From: Dokdonella sp.
Lineage (GTDB): Bacteria > Pseudomonadota > Gammaproteobacteria > Xanthomonadales > Rhodanobacteraceae
NCBI RefSeq assembly: GCF_019634775.1
Contig: NZ_JAHCAS010000001.1
Span: forward strand, 1,616,894 to 1,680,893
Direction: 5' to 3'
Length of the DNA stretch: 64,000 nucleotides
Of the stretch, positions 19,132 to 29,504 are shown in pieces. Made by a program: the position numbers and the translations under genes. A model generated the notes under the pieces. It saw only the letters and a list, made by a program, of their open reading frames with translations, was not told the origin of the DNA and ran no database searches. Position 1 is the first letter of the stretch; each line of letters starts with the position of its first letter.

Positions 19132-19193
19132 GCAAACCCCGGCGACTTCCTCGTCGCGTTGCATCGCCATCGTTCCGAAGTGGAGGGACCATC

Positions 19194-22100
19194 ATGCGTG
19201 CATGGCTGCTGATCTCGATCCTGTTGCTGGCCGTCACGGTGGAGGCCGCCGAACCGGTCGTGCCGGCACCGCTCGAACCCTGGCGCGCGTGGGTTCTGAA
19301 CGGCCATGAACATCGTGCCTGTCCGCTGATCGCCGGCCGCAACGGGGCGCAGCGCGACGATTACCTCTGCCAATGGCCCGGCGTGCTCGAACTGGCTGCG
19401 GATGCGAGCGGCGTCGCCATCACGCAACGCTGGCAGCTGGCCGCGGAAGGTTGGGTGCCGCTGCCCGGCAATGCGCAGCACTGGCCGCAGCGGGTCACGG
19501 TCGGTGGGCGGCCTGCGGTCGTGGTCGACCGCCAGGGACCGATGCTCTGGCTTGGCGCCGGCAGCCACGAGCTGCGCGCGCGCATCGACTGGGATGAGCG
19601 TCCGCAGTCGCTCGACGTACCCGAGGTGATCGCCTCGATCGCGCTCAGCGTCGACGGCAGGCCGGTGTTGCCGGTGCAGCGTACGGGCAAGGCCCTGACG
19701 CTCGGCCGCGCGCAGGGTGGCGCGGTCGAGGCCGACAGCGTCGATCTGACCGTGTTCCGCAGGTTCACCGACAACGTGCCGGGCGAGCTGACCACGCGCG
19801 TGTCGATCGATGCTTCCGGGCAGGCGCGCGAAGAACGCTTCGGTCCGGCGTTGCCGGAAGGTTTCGTGCCGGTCGCGCTGTCCAGCACGCGTTGGCCCGC
19901 GCGACTGGACGAAGACGGCATGCTGCGCGTGCAGGTGCAGCCGGGGTCGAACGAAATCAGCCTGATCGCGCGCGCGATCAGGCCGGTCGAACGTCTGGTC
20001 GCGCGCGTGCCGGAACAGTGGGCGAGCCAGGAGGTGTGGAGTTACCAGGCGATGCCCTCGCTGCGCGTGACCGGAGTCAGCGGCGCCGTGCAGGTCGATC
20101 CGCGTCAGGCCAACGTACCCAACGACTGGCAGGCATTGCCGGCATTCGCGCTCGATGATGGCGGCACCTTGGCAATCGAGGTGCGCTCGCGCGGACTCGA
20201 TCCGGCCGAGGCGAACCGGCTTGTCCTGGTGCGCGAAGCCTGGCTCGACTTCTCCGGCGCCGGCTGGTTCGCGCGCGACCGTGTGAGCGGAACCATGCAG
20301 AGCGGCTGGCGCTTCGACGCGGCCGCGCCATATGCCTTGCAGCGCGCGGGCAGCGGTGTCGAGGGCGACGACGAATCGCTGCTGGTCACGCGCGGGCAGG
20401 GCGAAGGCCTGACCGGCACCGAGTGGCGCACCCCGCAGGTCGATCTGCGTGCCAGTCTGCGCATCGATGCCCCGGCCGGCACACTGCCGGTGACCGGCTG
20501 GCAGCAGGTGTTCGACCAGGTCACCACGACCCTGCACCTGCCGTACGGTCATCGCCTCGTCGCCGCGCCGGGCAGCGATCGCGCCGTCGGCAGCTGGCTG
20601 TCGCGCTGGACCCTGCTCGATGCTTTCCTTGCCGCAATCATCGCGCTGCTCGCCGCGCGCCTGTTCGGCCTCGTCGGCGGCGTGCTCGCTGCGATGTACC
20701 TGCTGCTTGCCTACCAGGAGCCTGGTGCGCCGGTGTGGAGCCTGCTGCTCGTGCTCGCATTCGGGCTCGTCGTGCGTGCGCTGCCGACTGGCCTGCGCCT
20801 CGCGCGGGTGCTCGGCGCGCTGCGCATTGCCGCACTGATCGTGTTCGCCTTCATCGCCTTGCCCTTCGCCGCGCAGCAGGTGCGCATGGCCTTGTATCCG
20901 CAACTGGAAGGACGATTCGGCTTCGGGCCAGGGCCTGCGCTCGCCAATCTCGCCATGCCACAGACGCCGATGCCGGCACCGGCGATACCCATGATCGCTG
21001 TCGAACAGCCGATGCCGACCGAACCCGACGTCGAGAGTGCGGGCAAGGTCGGCAGTTCACGCGTGCAGGACACCGCCACACGCGAGCAGGTCACGGTCAC
21101 CGGCTCGCGCATCCGCCGCGCCGACCAGATGGCCAAGTACAGCCAGAACACCGTCGTGCAGACCGGTGGGGGCGAGCCGGGCTGGCGGCTCGGCAACAGC
21201 TACACGCTGTCGTGGAGCGGGCCGGTGTTGCCGGCGCAGGAAGTGCGCCTCGTCGTCGCGCCGCCATGGCTGGTGCGCAGCCTGCGCATCGTGCTGGCGG
21301 TGCTGGTCGGCCTGCTCGGCTGGCGCCTGCTGGCTGGTATCGCCCGGTCGCGTCGCGGCGTGGGCACGGTCACGAGTGCATCCGCGCTGCTGCTGGTCGG
21401 CCTGCTCGTCGCAGGCTCGCCGGTACAGGCGGAGGACTATCCGCCCGAACACCTGCTCGACCAGTTGCGCGCTCGCCTGCTTGAAGCACCACCGTGCGCG
21501 CCGGCCTGCGCGAGTCTCGCGCGTGCCGAGGTGTCGGCGCGCGGCGAGGAGATTCGCGTCGTACTCGAAGCGCATGTTGCGGCAGCGCGCGTGGCCTTGC
21601 CGGTGCCGCTCGACGAGCGTGCTGCACCCTTGCGCGCGGCCTACATCGACGGCAGCGCAAACCCCAGTCTCGTCCGCTTCGGCGGCAAGCCGTGGATCGC
21701 GCTGGAGCGCGGCGTGCATCAGGTCGAACTCGTGTACGCCGCGGTCGGTGACAAGGTCGATCTCGCCTTTGCACTGCCGCCTCGCCATGTCGTCTACCGC
21801 GGCGATCGCTGGCAGGCCAGTGGTCTCGCCGATGGTCGCCTGCTCGCCGACACGTTGACGATCGCGCGTGCGCGCGATGCCGATGCGGCGCGTCCGACGG
21901 ATGGCGCGCAGAGCTTCCCGGCCTGGGTGCGCGTGGTGCGCGACATCAGCTTCGACCTCGACTGGAGCGTGGCCACGCAGGTGCGGCGTGTAGCGCCGCG
22001 TGAAGGCGGTTTCACCGTCGATGTGCCGATCCTCGCTGGCGAACACCTCGGTGATGCGCGCCTGCGCGTGCGCGACGGCAAGGTCGCGGTCTCGCTGCCG

Positions 22101-23312
22101 GGCAATGCGCGCGAGATGGCCTGGCACTCGACGCTCGACAAGGCCGATACGCTGAGCCTGACCGCGCCATCGCTCGGTGAGCGCGCCGAGGTCTGGCAGT
22201 TTGCGGTCAGTCCGACCTGGCACGTCGAGTTCAGTGGCGTGCCGGAGTCGGCCATGGCCGTCACCGATGCCGCCGACTATCGTCGCTTCGAGTTCCATCC
22301 ATTGCCCGGTGAAACGCTGACCCTGAAGGTGCGCCGGCCCGAACCTGCCGCCGGGGCCACGCGCGCCATCGACAAGGTCGACCTCACCAGCGAGTTCGGC
22401 AAGCGCGCCAGCACGCACACCCTGCGGCTGCAGGTGCGCGCAAGCCAGGGTGGCGACCAGGTGATCGACCTGCCGGCAGGCTTCGACGTGCTCGCGGTCA
22501 GCGTCGATGGTGTCGCCGTCAATGCGCGGCCGATCGACCAGCGCTTGAGCGTGCCGGTACGTCCAGGTGCGCAGACCATCGAGGTTCGCCTGCGCGGCAC
22601 CACCGAACCGGGCCTGCGCGCGCACACGCCGGCGATTTCGCTCGGCCTGCCGGCGGCGAACATCGACTTGCGCGCACAACTGCCGCGCGACCGCTGGCTG
22701 CTTGCCGCATCAGGTCCAGCGGTCGGACCGGCCGTGCTGTTCTGGGGCGAACTCGCGGTGATGATCGTCGTCGCCGTGCTGCTGTCGCGCTGGCGGCGTT
22801 CGCCGCTGAAGCTGCACCAGTGGCTGCTGCTCGGCCTCGGCTTCTCGACATTCTCGTGGATCGCGCTGGCTTTCGTCGTCGCCTGGTTGTTTGCCTTCGA
22901 GGCGCGCAGGCTTGGCGCGGCGGCGAAGAACTGGGTGTTCAACCTCGGCCAACTCGGCCTCGTTGCGCTCACCGTGATCGCACTCGTGTGCCTGTTCGCG
23001 AGCATCCACAACGGCCTGCTCGGCGAACCCGACATGGTCGTCAGCGGCTACGACTCCTACGCACGCAGCCTGCACTGGTTCGCCGATCGCAGCGGCGACG
23101 TGTTGCCGGTGGCCAGCGTCGTCTCGCTGCCGCTGTGGGTCTACAACATCGTCATGCTGGTGTGGGCGCTGTGGCTGGCCTGGGCCGTGGTCGGCTGGCT
23201 GCGCAGCGGCTTCAAGGCCTGGTCGGAAGGCGGCTACTGGCGTCGCTGGAGCGAGCCGAAGCCGATCGAAACCGCCGAAGTGCCGCCGCCGCCACCCGTG
23301 CCGGGGGGTTGA
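19194..23312 (+). CDS. Large (1372 aa) uncharacterised envelope protein with two [signal-like - ~480-500 aa domain - TM bundle] modules
   Basis: Lies within ORF 18549..23312. The start is placed at ATG 19194 (GGAGGGA 6 nt upstream), giving [23 protein letters not shown] clusters lie at about aa 525-620 and about aa 1180-1340. An internal signal-like segment sits at aa 720-746. No family was recognised. Confidence 0.8.
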   Translation: MRAWLLISILLLAVTVEAAEPVVPAPLEPWRAWVLNGHEHRACPLIAGRNGAQRDDYLCQWPGVLELAADASGVAITQRWQLAAEGWVPLPGNAQHWPQRVTVGGRPAVVVDRQGPMLWLGAGSHELRARIDWDERPQSLDVPEVIASIALSVDGRPVLPVQRTGKALTLGRAQGGAVEADSVDLTVFRRFTDNVPGELTTRVSIDASGQAREERFGPALPEGFVPVALSSTRWPARLDEDGMLRVQVQPGSNEISLIARAIRPVERLVARVPEQWASQEVWSYQAMPSLRVTGVSGAVQVDPRQANVPNDWQALPAFALDDGGTLAIEVRSRGLDPAEANRLVLVREAWLDFSGAGWFARDRVSGTMQSGWRFDAAAPYALQRAGSGVEGDDESLLVTRGQGEGLTGTEWRTPQVDLRASLRIDAPAGTLPVTGWQQVFDQVTTTLHLPYGHRLVAAPGSDRAVGSWLSRWTLLDAFLAAIIALLAARLFGLVGGVLAAMYLLLAYQEPGAPVWSLLLVLAFGLVVRALPTGLRLARVLGALRIAALIVFAFIALPFAAQQVRMALYPQLEGRFGFGPGPALANLAMPQTPMPAPAIPMIAVEQPMPTEPDVESAGKVGSSRVQDTATREQVTVTGSRIRRADQMAKYSQNTVVQTGGGEPGWRLGNSYTLSWSGPVLPAQEVRLVVAPPWLVRSLRIVLAVLVGLLGWRLLAGIARSRRGVGTVTSASALLLVGLLVAGSPVQAEDYPPEHLLDQLRARLLEAPPCAPACASLARAEVSARGEEIRVVLEAHVAAARVALPVPLDERAAPLRAAYIDGSANPSLVRFGGKPWIALERGVHQVELVYAAVGDKVDLAFALPPRHVVYRGDRWQASGLADGRLLADTLTIARARDADAARPTDGAQSFPAWVRVVRDISFDLDWSVATQVRRVAPREGGFTVDVPILAGEHLGDARLRVRDGKVAVSLPGNAREMAWHSTLDKADTLSLTAPSLGERAEVWQFAVSPTWHVEFSGVPESAMAVTDAADYRRFEFHPLPGETLTLKVRRPEPAAGATRAIDKVDLTSEFGKRASTHTLRLQVRASQGGDQVIDLPAGFDVLAVSVDGVAVNARPIDQRLSVPVRPGAQTIEVRLRGTTEPGLRAHTPAISLGLPAANIDLRAQLPRDRWLLAASGPAVGPAVLFWGELAVMIVVAVLLSRWRRSPLKLHQWLLLGLGFSTFSWIALAFVVAWLFAFEARRLGAAAKNWVFNLGQLGLVALTVIALVCLFASIHNGLLGEPDMVVSGYDSYARSLHWFADRSGDVLPVASVVSLPLWVYNIVMLVWALWLAWAVVGWLRSGFKAWSEGGYWRRWSEPKPIETAEVPPPPPVPGG

Positions 23313-23317
23313 CCCGG

Positions 23318-24169
23318 GTGGCGACGATCCGCGATCTCGTCGCCGCGGCTGCATCGTCCGGTGAGATCGATGCCCGCCACGAGGCCGAGCTCCTGCTCGG
23401 CCACGTGCTCGGGCGTCCGCGCGCGTGGCTGTATGCACACGCACAGGACGGGGTCGATGTCGACGCGCAGCGTCGTTTCGAAAGTCTCGTGGAGGCGCGC
23501 CGTGGTGGTCGGCCCGTCGCCTACCTGACCGGCACGCGCGGCTTCTGGACACTCGATCTGCTCGTCACGCCGGACGTGCTGATCCCGCGCGCCGAAACCG
23601 AGCGCCTGGTCGAACTCGCACTCGAACGCATTCCCGTCGACAAGGACTGCGCCGTCGCCGACCTCGGCACCGGCTCCGGCGCGATCGCACTCGCCATCGC
23701 CAGCGAACGACCGCGCGCGCGCATCGTCGCCACCGACGCCAGCCCCGCCGCACTGGCCGTCGCGCGCGCCAACGCCGAACGCCTCGGCCTCGCCAACGTC
23801 AGCTTTGCCGGCGGCGACTGGTGCGCCGCACTCGGTGCGCAACGCTTCGACGTCATCGTCTCGAACCCACCCTACATCGCCGCCGCCGACCCGCACCTCG
23901 GCCAGGGCGACTTGCGCTTCGAACCCGTATCCGCACTCGCCTCCGGCAACGACGGCCTCGACGCCATCCGCAGCATTGCCGCCCAGGCACGCGCCCACCT
24001 CGAAGCCGGCGGCTGGCTGCTCGTCGAGCATGGGTTCGAGCAAGGTGAAGTGGTGCGTGCCCTGTTCAGCACAAACGCCTACACCGAGATCGCCACCGCC
24101 CGCGACCTCGAACAACGCGAACGCGTCACCCTCGCCCGCACCCCGCTGCGACCCTTGCGGATGTCATGA
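23318..24169 (+). CDS. prmC: Release factor glutamine N5-methyltransferase PrmC (HemK)
   Basis: In frame within ORF 22820..24169, starting at GTG 23318 ([11 protein letters not shown]..). Motifs: [21 protein letters not shown] (SAM binding) and VSNPPYI (NPPY). Confidence 0.9.
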   Translation: MATIRDLVAAAASSGEIDARHEAELLLGHVLGRPRAWLYAHAQDGVDVDAQRRFESLVEARRGGRPVAYLTGTRGFWTLDLLVTPDVLIPRAETERLVELALERIPVDKDCAVADLGTGSGAIALAIASERPRARIVATDASPAALAVARANAERLGLANVSFAGGDWCAALGAQRFDVIVSNPPYIAAADPHLGQGDLRFEPVSALASGNDGLDAIRSIAAQARAHLEAGGWLLVEHGFEQGEVVRALFSTNAYTEIATARDLEQRERVTLARTPLRPLRMS

Positions 24170-24263
24170 CGCCGTTGCGGGGTTGATCAGAGCAGCCCTA
24201 ACATGCGCGGTTTCGGGGCCGGGGGATGCTCCGAGCACTGGGACGAATGCAGGGGGAGAGCCG

Positions 24264-27200
24264 ATGTCGGGGAAATGGATTGCGGGCATCCTTGCGTGCT
24301 TGATCGGCGCAGGTGCGGCGCAGGCGGCATTGCCGATGCGCGGAGTGAATCTGGCAGGCGCGGAGTTCGGCGAGGGCAATCTGCCCGGCCAGTACGGCGT
24401 CGACTACACGTTTCCCACCGTGCAGGAAGTGGACTACTTCCATGCCAAGGGCATGACCACGATCCGCCTCGGGTTTCGCTGGGAACGCCTGCAACTGACG
24501 CTCGGCGGTCCGTTGGATGCAACCTATCTGGCCGGGCTGGATACCGTGGTGAACCATGCCGCCAGCCTCGGCATGAAGGTCATCATCAACCCGCACAACT
24601 ATGCGCGCTATCACGGCAACCTGGTCGGCTCGCCGCAGGTGCCGCATGCGCAGTTCGGCGATTTCTGGGCGAAGCTCGCGCAGCACTATGCCAACGTTCC
24701 ACAGGCGGTGTTCGGCCTGGTCAACGAACCGCATACCATGCCGACCGAACAATGGCTGGCGGCGGCCAACGCCGCCATTGCGGCGATTCGTGCGACCGGC
24801 TCCACACACCTGATCCTGGTGCCGGGCAATGCCTGGACCGGCGCACATGCCTGGTCGCAGAACTGGTACGGCACGCCAAATGCCCAGGTGATGACGGGTG
24901 TGGTCGATCCAGGCAACAACTTCGCCTTCGAGCTGCACCAGTACTTCGATGCCGACTACAGCGGCAGTTCTTCGACTTGCCAAAGTGCGGCCGGCACCGG
25001 CGCCAACCAGTTGCAGGGTGTCACCCAATGGCTGCGCACGCATGGCTACAAGGGTTTTCTTGCCGAATTGGCCGGCGCCAACAACATCCCTTGCCGCAAC
25101 GCGGTGGAAAGTGCGCTGGATCACCTCCAAGCCAATGCCGATGTCTGGCTCGGTTGGGCGTGGTGGGCGGCCGGGCCGTGGTGGGGCGAGTACATGCTGA
25201 CGCTGGAGCCGACCAACAACTTCACCGTCGATCGTCCGCAGATGGCGTGGCTGGCGCCCTATCTTGCCCCGACCGGCAACGCGGCGCTGATCGTCTACGA
25301 CGACTCCTTGCAGAATGGCTTCGCCGACTGGTCCTGGGGCGGTGGCAGCAACTTCGCCAATACTGCGCCCGTGCACGGCGGCACCCATTCGATTGCCCTG
25401 ACCGGCAACAACTACAACGCCATTTCGATGACGCGCGAAACCGGCGCACTTTCCACGGCCAATTTTCCGGTGCTGCGTTTCTGGATCCATGGCGGCACCA
25501 GCGGCGGACAGGCATTGGCCTTGATCCTGCAGAAGAATTGCGGCACCGGCACCTGCGTGGTTGCCGCACAAGCCAATCTCAACGCTTTCATTGCCGGCGG
25601 TGCGCCAGTGGCGAACGCCTGGCGCGAAGTGACGGTGCCGATCACGCAGGCGCCGCTGGCCTACAACGGTGACTACGACCGCATCGACATCCAGAGCGCA
25701 TTGGCCGGGACACAGCCGGCCGTGTATTTCGATGACGTCTCGCTGCAATCCAGTGGTGGGAGCGGCAACGACCTGGTGTTCGCCGACGGTTTCGATGGTG
25801 CGCCAGCGGCCGTGAACGGCTTGGTGCAGGAGCGTGATGTCACGGTGGCCTCGATGCTGAGCGATCGTTTCACCTGGCGTGATTCGTCGAACAAGCCACG
25901 CGTCGCCGTACTCGCACACAATGATGGCCAGTTCGGTCCGGTCGCACCCGGCGGTTCGCAGAATCGCGGCGGTGCCCTGCGCGAGTTCCGCTACCAGATG
26001 CCGGATGACTCCACCCGCGTGGCCGGGGTCACCAACTACGGCAATGCAGGACAGGGCGGCTTCGGCTACGTCGTCTCGCATTCGGCCTGGCCGAGCAATG
26101 GTGGCGGCTGCAATGGCAACGACTCACCGCTCGGCTATGGCTTCCCCGGCGCGTTCCAGCGCGTTTTCGAGGGTCGCCACCACGCAATCTTCCGCTTCAC
26201 CCAGAGCTACCCGCGCCGCTGCAGTCCCGCGCCCGGCGGCGCATCCACGTCGGTGCCTGTCACCATCGACTGGATGTTTTCCACCGGTCGCGACAACCCG
26301 CTGTGGGCCATCACCTACGACATGAGCGCGCTGCCGGCCAACTTCCTGTTCGATGATTCACGCGCGCCCTATGGCGAGCTTGCGATCGACGGTGTGGGTG
26401 CCAGCAACATCAGTGGTGTTGCCTGGGGCGATCGCTGGCAGTTCACCAGCACCACGGCACCTCTCACCTTGAACAGCCAGTGGACGTGGAACACGCCCAA
26501 TACCGTGCCCTACGTGAAGCTCTGGGTGGATTCGACGAACGCGACCATGGGTCTGGTGCAGAGCCAGACCATGACGCAGCAGGATGCCGGGGCGCGCAAC
26601 CAGTTCTATCACGACATCACCGCGTTCTGGAACAAGACCAGCGCCCAGGGCAATGCCGGCGGCAGTTACGTGATGCCCTGGCAGGACAGTTGGCCCTACC
26701 AGGCCAATGCCTATTCGATCGGTCCGTCCACACCCAACGGCAATGCGCGCCTGACCTGGGGCACCTCGTACGGCTTCCTCGGCCAGACCAGCTACAGCGT
26801 CCACGATGGCGTCGTGGCCACGGCACCCGGCTATCCGCGCAAGAGCTACGCGCTCTACGTCGTGCTCGGCGCACACAGCACCAGCCCGATCGAGACCCAG
26901 CGCAGCGAGATCGAAACCCGCCAGACCCTGACCTTGAGCACCAGCGTCGGCAGTGTCGCCAGCAGCGGCCCGGCCGGCCCCGGCCGCAGCGACACGATGG
27001 CCTACCAGCCGGCAGGCAATGATCCGGTGCATGGCGCGTTGACCTTCGTCGCCAGCGGAAACGCGCTCGATGCGAACATCGCGGTGGGTTCCGGCACGCT
27101 CCGGAATCCGCTGATCATCGTGCGCGGTGCAAGCGCCTATCCCGCTTCCGTACGGCTCAATGGCGCGCTGCTCACGGCCGATGCCGACTACTTTCCTTCG

Positions 27201-27284
27201 CTGCGCGCTGGCGCGAACGAACTGTGGTTGACGCTCAACCGCAACCTTGCCGGCGCCAACAACCGCTTGCAGCTGCAGCCCTGA
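24264..27284 (+). CDS. Secreted glycoside hydrolase family 5 (endoglucanase-like) with long uncharacterised C-terminal region
   Basis: Lies within ORF 23805..27284, with ATG 24264 after AGGGGGAGAG. Signal peptide: MSGKWIAGILACLIGAGAAQA. GH5 core: RGVNLAGAEFG, GLVNEPH (acid/base Glu), FLAELAG, WLGWAWWAAGPWW. This is followed by a CBM-like segment of about 150 aa and about 550 aa of unknown function. Confidence 0.8.
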   Translation: MSGKWIAGILACLIGAGAAQAALPMRGVNLAGAEFGEGNLPGQYGVDYTFPTVQEVDYFHAKGMTTIRLGFRWERLQLTLGGPLDATYLAGLDTVVNHAASLGMKVIINPHNYARYHGNLVGSPQVPHAQFGDFWAKLAQHYANVPQAVFGLVNEPHTMPTEQWLAAANAAIAAIRATGSTHLILVPGNAWTGAHAWSQNWYGTPNAQVMTGVVDPGNNFAFELHQYFDADYSGSSSTCQSAAGTGANQLQGVTQWLRTHGYKGFLAELAGANNIPCRNAVESALDHLQANADVWLGWAWWAAGPWWGEYMLTLEPTNNFTVDRPQMAWLAPYLAPTGNAALIVYDDSLQNGFADWSWGGGSNFANTAPVHGGTHSIALTGNNYNAISMTRETGALSTANFPVLRFWIHGGTSGGQALALILQKNCGTGTCVVAAQANLNAFIAGGAPVANAWREVTVPITQAPLAYNGDYDRIDIQSALAGTQPAVYFDDVSLQSSGGSGNDLVFADGFDGAPAAVNGLVQERDVTVASMLSDRFTWRDSSNKPRVAVLAHNDGQFGPVAPGGSQNRGGALREFRYQMPDDSTRVAGVTNYGNAGQGGFGYVVSHSAWPSNGGGCNGNDSPLGYGFPGAFQRVFEGRHHAIFRFTQSYPRRCSPAPGGASTSVPVTIDWMFSTGRDNPLWAITYDMSALPANFLFDDSRAPYGELAIDGVGASNISGVAWGDRWQFTSTTAPLTLNSQWTWNTPNTVPYVKLWVDSTNATMGLVQSQTMTQQDAGARNQFYHDITAFWNKTSAQGNAGGSYVMPWQDSWPYQANAYSIGPSTPNGNARLTWGTSYGFLGQTSYSVHDGVVATAPGYPRKSYALYVVLGAHSTSPIETQRSEIETRQTLTLSTSVGSVASSGPAGPGRSDTMAYQPAGNDPVHGALTFVASGNALDANIAVGSGTLRNPLIIVRGASAYPASVRLNGALLTADADYFPSLRAGANELWLTLNRNLAGANNRLQLQP

Positions 27285-27317
27285 CCGACATCCGAAGGGC
27301 GACGCCGGACAGGCTGA

Positions 27318-29210
27318 TCACCCCGCGCTGCGCAACGCCGCCTGCGGGATCAGCGCACCGAAGCGTGCGCGGATCGCGGTCTCGATGCCGGTGGCGTCGA
27401 GGCCGGATTCGGCGAGGAGTTCCTCGCGGCTGGCGTGTTCGAGGTATTCGTCCGCCAGGCCGAGGTGGAGCAGGGGCAGGGCGATGCCGTGCGCGGCGAG
27501 CAGTTCGCCGACGCCGGCGCCGGCGCCGCCCATGATCGCGTTGTCCTCGACGGTGACGATCGCTGCGTGGGTGCGCGCGAGTTCGAGCACGAGCTTCGCG
27601 TCGAGCGGCTTGATGAAACGCATGTTGACGAGGGTCGCGCCGAGTGCGGCGGCGGCCTTCTCGGCGGGGGCGACCATGGCGCCGAAGGCGAGCACGGCGA
27701 TCGCTTCGCCGCGCCGACGCAACTCGGCTTCGCCGATCGGCAGGGTGTCGAGGTCGCTGCCGGGTGCCATGCCGATGCCGCTGCCGCGTGGATAGCGCAC
27801 CGCAGCCGGGCCCTGGTGGTGGAAGCCCGTGCTCAGCATGCGCCGGCACTCGGCCTCGTCGGCTGGCGCCATGACGACCATGTTCGGGATGCAGCGCAGG
27901 TAGGAAAGGTCGAAGCTGCCGGAATGCGTGGCGCCGTCCGGGCCGACCACGCCGCCGCGGTCGATGGCGAACAGCACATCGAGGTCTTGCAGGGCGACGT
28001 CATGGATGAGCTGGTCATAGGCGCGTTGCAGGAAGGTCGAGTAGATCGCGACGACCGGCTTGGCACCCTCGCAGGCCATGCCGGCGGCGAGCGTCACCGC
28101 GTGCTGCTCGGCGATGCCGACATCAAAGTAGCGGTCGGGATACTCCTTGGAGAAACGCACCAGGCCCGAGCCTTCGCGCATCGCCGGGGTGATGCCGAGC
28201 AGACGCTCGTCGGCGGCGGCCATGTCGCACAGCCAGTCGCTGAAGATGTCGGTGTAGGTGGCCTTGCCGGGGGCCTTCCTAGCCAGGCCCTTTTCGGGAT
28301 CGAAGGGGCCGACCGCGTGGTAGTCGATCTGCGCGTTCTCGGCCGGGGCGTAGCCCTTGCCCTTGGTGGTGATGACGTGCAGGAACTGCGGACCGTCGAG
28401 CTCGCGCAGCGTCTTCAGCGCGTGCAGCAGTTGCGGCAGGTCGTGGCCGTCGACCGGACCGGTGTAATGGAAGCCGAATTCCTCGAACAGCGTGCTCGGC
28501 ATGAACATGCCCTTGGCGTGTTCTTCCCAGCGCTTGAGGAAGCGCCAGGCGTGGCCGTCGCGGCGCATCATGCGCTTGCTGCCTTCGCGCAGGCGGTTGA
28601 GCGTGCGGCTGGCCATCAGGCGGGCGAGGATCTTGGTCAGCGCGCCGACGTTCTCGCTGATCGACATCTGGTTGTCGTTGAGGATCACCAGCATGTTGGG
28701 AGCGATGTCACCGCCGTGGTTGAGCGCTTCGAAAGCCATGCCGGCGGTCATCGCGCCGTCACCGATGACGGCGACGATGCGGCGCGGATCGGCCTTGCGT
28801 TGCGCGGCGATCGCCATGCCCAGCGCGGCACCGATCGAGGTGGAGGAATGGCCGACGCCGAAGCTGTCGTAGGCGCTTTCGTCGCGGCGCGGGAAAGGCG
28901 CGAGGCCGTCCTTCTTCTTGATCGTGGTGATGCGGTCGCGGCGGCCGGTGAGGATCTTGTGCGGATAGCACTGGTGGCCGACGTCCCAGACCAGGCGGTC
29001 CTCGGGCGTGTCGTAGAGGTAATGCAGGGCGACGGTCAGCTCGACCACGCCGAGGCCGGCGCCGAAATGCCCGCCCGACGAGGCCACCGACTCGATCAGG
29101 TACTCGCGCACCTCGCGGGCGATGTCGCCGAGCTCAGACTCGGGGAAGCAGCGCAGGTCGGCCGGTGTCTCGATGCGCGCGAGGCGCGGATAGCGATTGG
29201 GGTCGATCAT
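27318..29210 (-). CDS. dxs: 1-deoxy-D-xylulose-5-phosphate synthase
   Basis: 630 aa, [20 protein letters not shown].., with [35 protein letters not shown] and the [18 protein letters not shown] motif. Confidence 0.97.
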   Translation of the reverse strand: MIDPNRYPRLARIETPADLRCFPESELGDIAREVREYLIESVASSGGHFGAGLGVVELTVALHYLYDTPEDRLVWDVGHQCYPHKILTGRRDRITTIKKKDGLAPFPRRDESAYDSFGVGHSSTSIGAALGMAIAAQRKADPRRIVAVIGDGAMTAGMAFEALNHGGDIAPNMLVILNDNQMSISENVGALTKILARLMASRTLNRLREGSKRMMRRDGHAWRFLKRWEEHAKGMFMPSTLFEEFGFHYTGPVDGHDLPQLLHALKTLRELDGPQFLHVITTKGKGYAPAENAQIDYHAVGPFDPEKGLARKAPGKATYTDIFSDWLCDMAAADERLLGITPAMREGSGLVRFSKEYPDRYFDVGIAEQHAVTLAAGMACEGAKPVVAIYSTFLQRAYDQLIHDVALQDLDVLFAIDRGGVVGPDGATHSGSFDLSYLRCIPNMVVMAPADEAECRRMLSTGFHHQGPAAVRYPRGSGIGMAPGSDLDTLPIGEAELRRRGEAIAVLAFGAMVAPAEKAAAALGATLVNMRFIKPLDAKLVLELARTHAAIVTVEDNAIMGGAGAGVGELLAAHGIALPLLHLGLADEYLEHASREELLAESGLDATGIETAIRARFGALIPQAALRSAG

Positions 29211-29504
29211 CAGGGGCGGCCGTCAACGGACCGTCATTTTCGGCCTTCCGGCGGTGCGTAGCAAGGAAGCAGCCGGGCACGTGGCAGGCAGGCGGGGCCG
29301 GTAGGTTGGCTGATCAAGCTCGACGCCACACACTGCGCGCTTGTGGCTGATGTTATGGCTGGCGGGAGTCTCCGATGGGAACTGATCTTGGGCTGCGTTC
29401 CGAGCGAGAAGCCGGTACGCGCGAATCGATGGAGCGCGCCATCCGCTGGACGATCGCCGACACGGTTGGCCCGTGCCGGCGGTGGGGTGCTTCGTCCGTC
29501 GAGA

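Noticed and set aside
15303-22679. Minus-strand ORFs 15303..18581 (1092 aa), 19062..20903 (613 aa) and 21057..22679 (540 aa).
   Set aside because: They are antisense to the VIT-vWA and giant membrane protein genes. Their composition is dominated by Arg/Ala/Gly/His with no TM, signal or motifs. The sense frames have signal peptides, domains and RBSs.
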